59,458 nucleotides of DNA from Parcubacteria group bacterium (GTDB taxonomy: Bacteria > Patescibacteriota > Minisyncoccia > Phycocordibacterales > Phycocordibacteraceae). The first letter of the stretch is position 1, and every line of letters begins with the position of its first letter. Below are positions 45,715 through 53,808 of the stretch, one piece after another. The stretch lies in assembly GCA_028286825.1 (NCBI GenBank), contig JAQBQV010000016.1:1-59458 (forward strand), written 5' to 3'. Made by a program: the position numbers and the translations under genes. A model generated the notes under the pieces. It saw only the letters and a program-made list of their open reading frames with translations, made no database searches and was not told where the DNA came from.

Positions 45715-46274
45715 AGCGCTTGTGCAGCTAGCCCTATAAGCACAATTCCCGCGAAATTAAATGCAAATGAGAGTGGTATAAACCAAGATGTCTTGATTTT
45801 TGAAAGGCTGAGTAAACTGATACCCAGCTCATCAGGCAAAGGCGAAGCAATAATGAGTCCGCCCACAAAAAACGAGAGTATTCGAAAGAACTTCATGCGC
45901 AGTAGTGCTCGCAGCCTTTTCCCTACCGTCTGATGGTTCACGAGCTCAATTAAATGCTCGGCAAATCGATCCCTAATGAAACGAAAAATGATCAGGTCAC
46001 CCACTACGGCGCCAAGAGCACCGAAAAACGCTACCTGGATAATTGCGTGCGTTCGCGCAATCTCACCCAAAGCAATAATGGCAGGCACCGTAGTAAAAAG
46101 TGAGGTAAAGAACACTCCCGCAATGAAACTCCCCAAAAACTCGACCCCGTCTAAGAGCATGAATGTTTTCACTAATAGCCCTGTCTCAACGAGTGCAATA
46201 GTGACACAAACGCTTATTGCAACAAGCACTACGTCATGTAGAAAAAAAATTTTCGCTTGCTTGGAGGATGCCAT
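45711..46274 (-). CDS. integral membrane protein co-transcribed with the P-type ATPase (possibly DedA/VTT-like)
   Basis: 5-6 TM helices. There is a 4-nt overlap with the ATPase start. The family call is weak. Confidence 0.55.
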   Translation of the reverse strand: MASSKQAKIFFLHDVVLVAISVCVTIALVETGLLVKTFMLLDGVEFLGSFIAGVFFTSLFTTVPAIIALGEIARTHAIIQVAFFGALGAVVGDLIIFRFIRDRFAEHLIELVNHQTVGKRLRALLRMKFFRILSFFVGGLIIASPLPDELGISLLSLSKIKTSWFIPLSFAFNFAGIVLIGLAAQAL

Positions 46275-46281
46275 TTACAAA

Positions 46282-46290
46282 AGTATACCA
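46282..46290 (-). promoter_or_regulatory. extended -10 TGgTATACT, 7 nt before ATG 46274 (membrane protein / P-type ATPase operon)
   Basis: The reverse complement of agtatacca. Confidence 0.5.
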
Positions 46291-46318
46291 ACAAAACGTT
46301 CCTCGTTTCCGAGAATAA

Positions 46319-47572
46319 CTATTTACCTGTCGTGAGGAATTGAATCGCGCGAGCCATTTGGGGATCTTTCTTAGCAGCAGCATCTTCTGGAGTATAGGGG
46401 ACCGTGATGTCAGGAGTAACGCCATTGCCCATAATCCAGTGCCCAGCTGGAGTGATCCACCTCGCGATGGTCACCTTGAGAGAGCCTCCATCAAGATCGA
46501 GGAGCGTCTGAACCGAGCCTTTACCAAACGATTTTGTTCCGATGAGTGTCGCGACTTTAGAATCCTGGAGTGCACCTGCAAGTATTTCTGAAGCTGAGGC
46601 TGAGCCTGCGTCTATAAGAACCACGACCTTAGTGCCTTGAGGTAGATCGTTATAGCCGAGACTACTATGAACGGTGTTCGTTTCTTTGCCGCCAAAATCC
46701 TCAGTCACTACGGTTGCGCCATTTGGGAGGAAATGACTCGCAATATCGACGGCAGAGTCGAGGTAACCACCCGGGTTACTGCGCAGGTCGACCACGAGCT
46801 TCTTTGAACCAGACGCTTTGAAACGTTTGAACGCTTGATTAAAGAGGTCAGCGGAGTTAGCCGTGAACTCGTAGAGAGCGATGTGATAGACGCCACTCTT
46901 AGCGTCAATCCCGTCATCCGTTTCAGGCACCTGGATCGTATCGCGCACGATCTTCACGTCAATTGGTTTGCCATTTCTCACAAGAGTAAGCGAAACGGTA
47001 GTGCCGAGCGGCCCGCGGATCTTGCTCACTGCCTCCTCAGTACTAAAGCCATCAGTCGACTTGCCGTCGATTGCTGCGATCAGGTCACCGGCTTTGACTC
47101 CGGCTCTTTCTGCAGGGGTATTCTTAAGAGGCGCAATGACGGTCAATATGCCGTCCTTTATATCAAGTTCTGCACCAATACCGGCGAAGCTACCCGAGAT
47201 GTTCTCCGCAAATGCCTTTGCCTCCTTAGGCGGGAAAAAGGTTGTGTACGGGTCCCCATACGCAGCCGCGAGACCACTGATGGCGCCAAAAATCTTCTCT
47301 TTCGTTGTTGGGAGCGTCGACGAAGCGTGTGTGATCACGTAATTCGCGTTGAGCGCATTCCATGCCTTCCAAAAGTCCGCGAGGTCAGCACTTTCATCTG
47401 GAGTAGAGTTAAGTTGGTCGCCTACAAGCGGTAAGTGCGATACGAGGCTACTCACTGAACCAGTGTTACCAAACGAAAGCCCTGCGCCAAACGCGACAAC
47501 AGCAACGAGTGCAAAAGAAACGCCTCGTCGGACGATATTTTTCTTATCAGTTGCTACTTGCTCCACATCCAT
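46319..47572 (-). CDS. ctpA: S41 family C-terminal processing peptidase with PDZ domain
   Basis: PDZ (AGVKAGDLIAAIDG), VDLRSNPGGYL, GSASASEI and KSFGKGSVQ motifs. Confidence 0.92.
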   Translation of the reverse strand: MDVEQVATDKKNIVRRGVSFALVAVVAFGAGLSFGNTGSVSSLVSHLPLVGDQLNSTPDESADLADFWKAWNALNANYVITHASSTLPTTKEKIFGAISGLAAAYGDPYTTFFPPKEAKAFAENISGSFAGIGAELDIKDGILTVIAPLKNTPAERAGVKAGDLIAAIDGKSTDGFSTEEAVSKIRGPLGTTVSLTLVRNGKPIDVKIVRDTIQVPETDDGIDAKSGVYHIALYEFTANSADLFNQAFKRFKASGSKKLVVDLRSNPGGYLDSAVDIASHFLPNGATVVTEDFGGKETNTVHSSLGYNDLPQGTKVVVLIDAGSASASEILAGALQDSKVATLIGTKSFGKGSVQTLLDLDGGSLKVTIARWITPAGHWIMGNGVTPDITVPYTPEDAAAKKDPQMARAIQFLTTGK

Positions 47573-47579
47573 TTATCAC

Positions 47580-47588
47580 AGTGTATCA
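47580..47588 (-). promoter_or_regulatory. extended -10 TGaTACACT, 7 nt before the ctpA ATG
   Basis: Read on the minus strand. Confidence 0.45.
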
Positions 47589-47605
47589 CATCACATAATG
47601 TGTCG

Positions 47606-47614
47606 TGGTATTCT
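47606..47614 (+). promoter_or_regulatory. extended -10 TGgTATTCT, 8 nt before the corA ATG
   Basis: Back-to-back with the ctpA promoter, 18 nt apart. Confidence 0.45.
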
Positions 47615-47622
47615 GTACAGTA

Positions 47623-48543
47623 ATGATATCGCGAAACCACTACCGTAATGGTGTCTGGGTCGACCTCGAGCAACCTACTGCAGAAGAAGTGCACGAGCTT
47701 TCGAAGGAATTGGGAATTAGTGAGCATATTGAGCGAGAACTTTTATCCCCAAGCCCCATCCCGCTTGTTACCGGAAGCGATAGCTCTGCACTACTGGTAC
47801 TTCACTTCCCTATCCAAAGTGCAAACGATGGTGACACCAAAACGCAAGAGATCGATTTTGTTGTGGGAGAGAAGTTTATTCTGACCGTTAGATACGAAAT
47901 CGTCGCGCCGCTGCATCATTTAAAAAAACTATTAGAAGCACAAGCGCTATCTGAAAAGAAGTCCTCAGTTACCACCGACATTTTACTTGAGATACTCTTC
48001 GCGCATCTCTACACGTCTCTGCGCGACCACATGAATCATGTCGCTAGCAACCTCACCCGTGTAGAAAAAGAGATGTTTGGTGGTCACGAACGATCTACTG
48101 TTAGATCCATTTCAAATATCAGCCGTGAGTTTCTGCACATGGAGGGGGTACTTGCTAACCAAGAGGAAGTACTCAGACGGTTTCTTGACACACTGTCCAG
48201 CCACGGATACTTTGGGCATTCGTTTGCCGAGCGTTCTTTGCGCATTCTTTCTGAGCGCGCCCATGTTGCCCGCACCGTAAAGACACATCGCGCTATTGCA
48301 ACTGAAATGCGCGAGACGAACACAGCGCTCTTAGGCGCGCGGCAGAGCGAAATTATGAAAACGCTCACGCTTATAACGGTCATATTATTCCCACTAGAGT
48401 TCATCGCAGTGACTTTCGGTATGCACGCTCCAGGCACACCGCTTGAGCAGAACCCAAATGGCTTTTGGATAATTCTGGGTATCATGGGCACCATTACAGT
48501 CCTCATGCTTGCTGTCTTTGCTCGTAAACGCTGGATTTTCTAG
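47623..48543 (+). CDS. corA: CorA-family divalent cation transporter (GMN motif reads GMH)
   Basis: Cytoplasmic alpha/beta domain plus two C-terminal TMs. The signature loop is VTFGMHAPG. Start at MISRNHY. Confidence 0.85.
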   Translation: MISRNHYRNGVWVDLEQPTAEEVHELSKELGISEHIERELLSPSPIPLVTGSDSSALLVLHFPIQSANDGDTKTQEIDFVVGEKFILTVRYEIVAPLHHLKKLLEAQALSEKKSSVTTDILLEILFAHLYTSLRDHMNHVASNLTRVEKEMFGGHERSTVRSISNISREFLHMEGVLANQEEVLRRFLDTLSSHGYFGHSFAERSLRILSERAHVARTVKTHRAIATEMRETNTALLGARQSEIMKTLTLITVILFPLEFIAVTFGMHAPGTPLEQNPNGFWIILGIMGTITVLMLAVFARKRWIF

Positions 48544-48567
48544 TGCGTAATAGTAGGATGCGAGCAT

Positions 48568-50028
48568 ATGACCTGGATTTCCCGCCTCTTTAGTAACGCT
48601 CAATCCGTAACCTCGACAAAGCCCGCGTCAATTTTTCTTACTAATACCCTATCTGGCTCGAAAGAGCTTTTTATTTCACAACAGCCGGGTATCGCTCTCA
48701 TGTACAGCTGCGGCCCAACCGTCTATGGTCCGGCTCATATTGGCAATCTCCGCGCATATGTTTTCGCCGACACGCTTGCGCGTACTCTCTTGTTTGCTGG
48801 CTACCGTGTAAAGCGCGTGATTAATATTACCGACTTCGGTCATCTCGTTTCCGATGGCGATGAGGGCGAGGACAAGATGACTAAAGGTCTTAAGCGTGAA
48901 GGATTAAAACTGAGCCTTGAGAACATGCGTGCGCTTGCCGAACGGTATTCCGCTGTCTTTCTTACTGATCTTGAGGAACTTAATATCGACATCAAAGACA
49001 TCCGTTTCCCTCGAGCGAGCGACTACATTGCTGAACAGATCGCGCTCATCAAGACATTGGAGGAGAAAGGATATGCCTATCAGACGAGTGGCGGCGTTTA
49101 CTACGATACGGCCCGCTTTCTGGGGTACGGCAAGCTTGGTGGAATCGACCTGAGCGCTCAACGTGAAGGCACGCGCATCGAAGCTAATAAAGAAAAGCGC
49201 AGTCCTGCCGACTTTGTACTATGGAAGCCGGACAGCAAACTTGGGTGGGAGAGTCCGTGGGGCCTTGGTTTCCCGGGCTGGCATATTGAGTGCTCCGCAA
49301 TGAGTCGTTCACTCTTAGGCCAAGAAATCGACCTCCACACAGGAGGAGAAGATCATATTGCCGTTCACCACAACAACGAGATCGCGCAGTCTGAGGCTGC
49401 GAGCGGTCGGACCTTTGTGCACTACTGGCTGCACAATGCGTTTCTTACGATGAATAACGACCGCGTCGCTAAGTCAACCGGAAATGTGGCCTACCTCGCT
49501 GATGTGCTTGAGAAGAAGATCCACCCGCTCGCGCTCCGTTATTTCTTCCTTCAAGGCCACTATCGCACCCCACTCTCTTTTTCATGGGAGGCTCTCGAGG
49601 GTTCTGCTGAAGCACTTAACCGACTATGGAAGCTTGTGAGCGAGATAGGCAACGAGTCAAAGCGTAAGAGCGAGCCGTCAGAAGTCCGCGATCGACTCCT
49701 CGCGGCACTTCGCGACGACCTCGCGACTCCGCAGGCGCTCGGCATCCTTTGGGAGTCACTTCGCAGTGACGAATACACTCCTGAGGAGAAATGGGGCCTT
49801 ATCGAGGACGCGGACGCTCACTTGGGCCTCTCGCTCCTCAACCCTCCCCTACCCGTTGTTGTAAGCCAAAAAGAGGCTCCGGAGGAGATCCAGCATTTAC
49901 TGGTAGGGCGTGAGACGGCCCGCGCCAGCAAAGACTTCGCGGAGGCAGACCGCCTACGGGACGAGATCGAAAAGCGGGGATATCGTGTGGAGGATTCTGA
50001 ATCAGGACCCAAACTAACGAGTGTTTAA
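48568..50028 (+). CDS. cysS: cysteine--tRNA ligase
   Basis: YSCGPTVYGPAHIGNLR (HIGH), GFPGWHIECS (Zn/Cys site) and a KMSKS-position RVAKS. Confidence 0.95.
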   Translation: MTWISRLFSNAQSVTSTKPASIFLTNTLSGSKELFISQQPGIALMYSCGPTVYGPAHIGNLRAYVFADTLARTLLFAGYRVKRVINITDFGHLVSDGDEGEDKMTKGLKREGLKLSLENMRALAERYSAVFLTDLEELNIDIKDIRFPRASDYIAEQIALIKTLEEKGYAYQTSGGVYYDTARFLGYGKLGGIDLSAQREGTRIEANKEKRSPADFVLWKPDSKLGWESPWGLGFPGWHIECSAMSRSLLGQEIDLHTGGEDHIAVHHNNEIAQSEAASGRTFVHYWLHNAFLTMNNDRVAKSTGNVAYLADVLEKKIHPLALRYFFLQGHYRTPLSFSWEALEGSAEALNRLWKLVSEIGNESKRKSEPSEVRDRLLAALRDDLATPQALGILWESLRSDEYTPEEKWGLIEDADAHLGLSLLNPPLPVVVSQKEAPEEIQHLLVGRETARASKDFAEADRLRDEIEKRGYRVEDSESGPKLTSV

Positions 50029-50090
50029 GTACTTATTGACAGAAGAAAGTATGGGCTGTCGAATAAAAAACGACATGTTGTTAAGTGGTG

Positions 50091-50096
50091 TAGAAT
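50091..50096 (+). promoter_or_regulatory. TAGAAT, 7 nt before the dnaB ATG
   Basis: gtgTAGAAT-taatcta-ATG. Confidence 0.4.
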
Positions 50097-50103
50097 TAAT
50101 CTA

Positions 50104-51519
50104 ATGGCTTCAGAAGATAAAAAGTATCCTCAAACTAATAAACCGAAGATACGTAGTGACGATTTCATCATGGGGAGAGTACCTCCTCAGTCAATTCAGG
50201 CTGAGCGTGCGCTTCTCGGCTCACTTTTACTGAAACCCGACGCCATTCACGACGTCTCTGACCTGGTTCATTCCGAATCCTTCTACTCCGAGCAGCACCG
50301 ACTCATTTTCTCAGCGATGCGGGAGCTGACTGAAAAAGGAAAACCTATTGATCAAATTATTTTGTCGCAATACCTACAAGAACAGGGATTGCTGGAGCGT
50401 GCCGGTGGCAGAAGCTACATTGCTGAACTCGCAGGATCAGCTCCGACCCCAGGAAACTTCGCTCATTATGCTGAATCCATCTCACACAAGCACCTGCTTC
50501 GATCTCTTATTGATGCATCTCACGAAATTACTGAAGAAGCCTACGACCAGTCGCGAGATACGATAGAGGTACTCGATGAGGCAGAGAAGAAGGTCTTTGC
50601 CATTGGGAATCAATCTGCTACACACAAATTTATAGCTATCGGCGACACCATTCACGAGGCCTGGGACAGACTTGAGGAGCTTTCAAAGCGCGAGGGTGGT
50701 ATTCGCGGCGTACCAAGTGGCTTCCCCGCTCTCGATAATCTCCTTTCTGGGTTCCACCCCTCAGACCTCATTATCCTAGCCGCCCGTCCGTCAGTCGGTA
50801 AGACCTCCCTTGCTCTCGACATCGCTCGTAACGCCGCTGTGCGCCATAACGTTCCAGTCGGTATTTTCTCGCTTGAAATGAGCTCTGAGCAGATTATCGA
50901 TCGTATGCTCTCAGCAGAGTCATTTGTGAACTCATGGAAGATGCGCACTGGCCAAGTCAAAGAGGAAGAAGATTTTAATCGTATTCGCGACGCGCTCGAG
51001 GTCCTCTCTAAGGCGCCAATTTATATCGACGATAAGCCTGGAAACAACATCCTCGCGATGCGAGCGGTGGCTAGACGCCTGAAGCGCGAGCGCGGTATCG
51101 GCCTCATCGTTGTCGACTACCTGCAGCTGATGGCACCGACTAATACCAAAGCCTCAGACTCAATGGTGCAACAGGTAACCGAGATCTCTCGCTCCCTTAA
51201 GAACCTCGCGCGCGAACTCGATGTGCCGGTACTCGCCTTGTCTCAGCTCTCTCGTGCGGTCGAGCAACGCGGTGGCCGACCACGACTAAGCGACCTGCGA
51301 GACTCGGGCTCGATTGAGCAAGACGCCGATGTGGTGATGTTCATCCACCGCGAAGATAAGGTCAATAAAGAGAGCGACCGCCCAAATATCGCTGAGATCC
51401 TGATCGAGAAGCATCGTAATGGTCCAGTCGGTAAAGTCGATCTCTACTTCGACGACAAGCGAACCACCTTCCAACCAGTCGATACGGCAGGCTATGGCGA
51501 CCTCGCTTCAGAATTCTAA
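50104..51519 (+). CDS. dnaB: replicative DNA helicase DnaB
   Basis: PPQSIQAERALLGSLL N-terminal domain, Walker A ARPSVGKT, and the RecA-like C-terminal domain. Confidence 0.97.
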   Translation: MASEDKKYPQTNKPKIRSDDFIMGRVPPQSIQAERALLGSLLLKPDAIHDVSDLVHSESFYSEQHRLIFSAMRELTEKGKPIDQIILSQYLQEQGLLERAGGRSYIAELAGSAPTPGNFAHYAESISHKHLLRSLIDASHEITEEAYDQSRDTIEVLDEAEKKVFAIGNQSATHKFIAIGDTIHEAWDRLEELSKREGGIRGVPSGFPALDNLLSGFHPSDLIILAARPSVGKTSLALDIARNAAVRHNVPVGIFSLEMSSEQIIDRMLSAESFVNSWKMRTGQVKEEEDFNRIRDALEVLSKAPIYIDDKPGNNILAMRAVARRLKRERGIGLIVVDYLQLMAPTNTKASDSMVQQVTEISRSLKNLARELDVPVLALSQLSRAVEQRGGRPRLSDLRDSGSIEQDADVVMFIHREDKVNKESDRPNIAEILIEKHRNGPVGKVDLYFDDKRTTFQPVDTAGYGDLASEF

Positions 51520-51529
51520 ATGAATCGAT

Positions 51530-52129
51530 ATGGATCACATCGAAGAACTCGCTCGTGCCCTCGCCAAGCTACCTGGGATTGGACCACGCCAAGGAAAGCG
51601 CTTTGTGTATTACCTACTTGCCGCTCCAGGAGCCGAGCGTTTGAAGCTCGCCGAGCTCATCACCGCACTAGGTCGTGAAGTGCGTCAGTGCCCCGAATGT
51701 TTGCGCTTTTTTACAGGAAGAGCGCTTGTCTGTAACTATTGTTCTGACTCAAGGCGCGACGACTCGCAACTCATGCTCGTGGAGAAGGATCAGGACTTGG
51801 CCGCACTCGAGCGCGCTGGCACCTATAAGGGCCACTATTTTGTACTGGGCGGTGTCCTTACACTCTCCGGCAAAGGCGCTATCAGAGAGAAAGAACTAGT
51901 AAGAGCGCTAGAGAAGAAAGTGGCGAAGGGCCTTACCGAAGTAGTCCTCGCCCTTTCAGCAACAAGTGAAGGTGAGCATACTGCTGACCATATCCGCACC
52001 ATCCTCCTCCCCTACCGCGATCGTATTAAAATCTCTACCCTTGGTCGCGGTCTCGCCACTGGGAGTGAACTTGAATATTCAGACGCGGAGACGCTTCGTG
52101 CCGCGCTCACGAATCGTAAAGAAGCATGA
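51530..52129 (+). CDS. recR: recombination protein RecR
   Basis: HhH (LPGIGPRQGKR), a C4 zinc finger (CPEC...CNYC) and a Toprim domain. Confidence 0.95.
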   Translation: MDHIEELARALAKLPGIGPRQGKRFVYYLLAAPGAERLKLAELITALGREVRQCPECLRFFTGRALVCNYCSDSRRDDSQLMLVEKDQDLAALERAGTYKGHYFVLGGVLTLSGKGAIREKELVRALEKKVAKGLTEVVLALSATSEGEHTADHIRTILLPYRDRIKISTLGRGLATGSELEYSDAETLRAALTNRKEA

Positions 52130-52263
52130 CACATGAGCGATCGGTGGAGAAGCTATCACACTTCCATTGCGAACGTTGCTCAAAGTGGTGGAGCATTGCT
52201 GACGCACCGATGACTAAAAAGATATGGTTCTGTCCCTGGTGTGGGATAAAGAGCGCAAGTTGA
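52126..52263 (+). CDS. 45-aa zinc-ribbon micro-protein (CxxC-N21-CxxC), hypothetical
   Basis: Not in the ORF track. Its ATG overlaps the recR TGA (ATGA). Translation is MTHERSVEKLSHFHCERCSKWWSIADAPMTKKIWFCPWCGIKSAS. Confidence 0.45.
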   Translation: MTHERSVEKLSHFHCERCSKWWSIADAPMTKKIWFCPWCGIKSAS

Positions 52264-52288
52264 CAGACAAGTATAACTGTTATACTTT
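52260..52288 (+). promoter_or_regulatory. TTGACA-17-TACTTT promoter (unit 1 of the 52.3-53.8 kb module)
   Basis: Alternative reading is TTGACA-15-TATACT. A perfect 9-10-bp hairpin at 52304-52325 lies in the leader. Confidence 0.45.
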
Positions 52289-52348
52289 ACGGACAGGCAG
52301 CACCTCTGAAAAATCTTTTTCAGAGCAACAACCTTCGGGAGAAATCCA

Positions 52349-52747
52349 GTGTCAGCATTCTTTAAAATCTCCGTAGTAGACGCGACGCCTTACACCGTAG
52401 CTGCACTCGAACAAGTCCAGCAGCGCGTGCTGGCTATCGCTCGAAGCGTTAACGCTCAAGTGGGAGCCGTTGTGATCGAGTATGAAGCGCGTGATCTCTC
52501 ATTCAGGTCGGCCGACACGTGCCAAACGCTGCCCGAGATAAGCGAATTGATCAAGCGCCTTGGCGAAGACGACATCACGCTCCGGATAAAGGTTGAGTCG
52601 GGCACGTGGACGGAAGAAGAACGTGCGGCGAACCCCAGACTCGATCTCATGATCAAAGCGGTCGAGCGCGACAAGGAACTTCGTGAACAGATCTTCGGCG
52701 GCCAGCGCGGTTCCGATGGCCACATGCTCGTCGACGTCGACGGATAA
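52349..52747 (+). CDS. hypothetical protein, paralogue A of a tandem pair
   Basis: GGGAG lies 7 nt before GTG 52349. It shares collinear motifs with the 52886 ORF and has its own promoter and terminator. Confidence 0.5.
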   Translation: MSAFFKISVVDATPYTVAALEQVQQRVLAIARSVNAQVGAVVIEYEARDLSFRSADTCQTLPEISELIKRLGEDDITLRIKVESGTWTEEERAANPRLDLMIKAVERDKELREQIFGGQRGSDGHMLVDVDG

Positions 52748-52770
52748 TTGCGAGCCACAAAGGACTCCTT

Positions 52771-52796
52771 AAGGCCGCCCATGGGCGGCCTTTTTG
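52771..52796 (+). terminator. intrinsic terminator (unit 1)
   Basis: aaggccgcc-catg-ggcggcc followed by ttttt. Confidence 0.85.
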
Positions 52797-52825
52797 TTGA
52801 CTCGGCCAGAAGAAATGTATACCCT
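52797..52825 (+). promoter_or_regulatory. TTGACT-17-TACCCT promoter (unit 2)
   Basis: Same architecture as unit 1. Confidence 0.45.
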
Positions 52826-52885
52826 CAGCTACAGTTGTACCTCTCAACCCCGTTGTTCCAGAACTTCCACACCAAGGAGAAGCAT

Positions 52886-53299
52886 ATGCAAAATGGAGCG
52901 TCCTTTGTTGTTTCTGTGCCAGATGGCTGTGACCCGTCCCAGCTTGCTGCCCTCAAACGGGCATATGCAGGGATTTTGGGTGCTGCTTCTGCCGAGAGCA
53001 GTCGAGTCGAGGTCAAACCGGTCATGCTCGACAGTAGTCGCTCATGGGCAGATCGGGTGATGCGTCCGGGAGCATGTTCGCGTACTGTTGCCGAAATCGA
53101 ACATCTCATCGAAGATCTCGGCCGACACGACAGCGGGTTGCGCGCCCTCGCCGAATCAAAAGTCTTCACGAGTGAAGAGCGCTCCAAAAGCCCAATGCTC
53201 TGCGCTATGTGCACTGCGCTTGAGCAGCTCGCACTCTACAAGGCCGAGATCGCTCGAGGTTTGCGCACCGAAGACTCAATCGCGTATGCCGATGGATGA
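52886..53299 (+). CDS. hypothetical protein, paralogue B of a tandem pair
   Basis: AAGGAG lies 6 nt before ATG 52886. It has its own promoter and terminator. Confidence 0.5.
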   Translation: MQNGASFVVSVPDGCDPSQLAALKRAYAGILGAASAESSRVEVKPVMLDSSRSWADRVMRPGACSRTVAEIEHLIEDLGRHDSGLRALAESKVFTSEERSKSPMLCAMCTALEQLALYKAEIARGLRTEDSIAYADG

Positions 53300-53316
53300 A
53301 CGTTGACGTATCGACG

Positions 53317-53345
53317 AAGGTCCCGCACCGCGGGGCCTTTTTTAT
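53317..53345 (+). terminator. intrinsic terminator (unit 2)
   Basis: aaggtcccgc-acc-gcggggcc followed by tttttt. Confidence 0.85.
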
Positions 53346-53377
53346 TTCGACCACTAGGGCTAAAGTCGCATAACCCG

Positions 53378-53406
53378 TTGACGCATGAGCTAGCGCTCTA
53401 TACTCT
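53378..53406 (+). promoter_or_regulatory. TTGACG-17-TACTCT promoter (unit 3)
   Basis: Same architecture as units 1 and 2. Confidence 0.45.
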
Positions 53407-53452
53407 GATAGAGGACGTCCCGCCTCACCAACAGCACAGGAAAGGACTTGCG

Positions 53453-53716
53453 ATGAGCAATAAGCCACTGCAATCAAAACCGAAGCGGATTCACTACACG
53501 GTCGCTGGCGCCGATACGCCGGAGATGCGCAAGCATTTCAAGGTCATGCGGGCCGACAACGAGCAGCGGGCGCGCATTGCCCACCTTGACGTCGTCGTCG
53601 GACCGATCGTCGAGCCCGACAAGGAATCGCCCTTCCCGATGGGCTACGAACAAGGCGACAACAATCGGCACCACCTCTTCGGAGGACACGCCAATGGGGC
53701 CCCGGACTCCAAGTAA
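53453..53716 (+). CDS. hypothetical protein (87 aa)
   Basis: AGGAAAGGA lies 6 nt before ATG 53453. It has its own promoter and terminator. Confidence 0.45.
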   Translation: MSNKPLQSKPKRIHYTVAGADTPEMRKHFKVMRADNEQRARIAHLDVVVGPIVEPDKESPFPMGYEQGDNNRHHLFGGHANGAPDSK

Positions 53717-53730
53717 TTAGCCTTGCTAGC

Positions 53731-53771
53731 AAAACGAAAAGCCCGCGCGGATACGCGGGCTTTTTTCGTTT
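53731..53771. terminator. bidirectional terminator (unit 3 / DEAD-box helicase)
   Basis: aaaacgaaaagcccgcg-cggata-cgcgggcttttttcgttt. Confidence 0.85.
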
Positions 53772-53808
53772 AGCAGAATCACCGATTGGATGTTCGCTTT
53801 TTGTAAAA

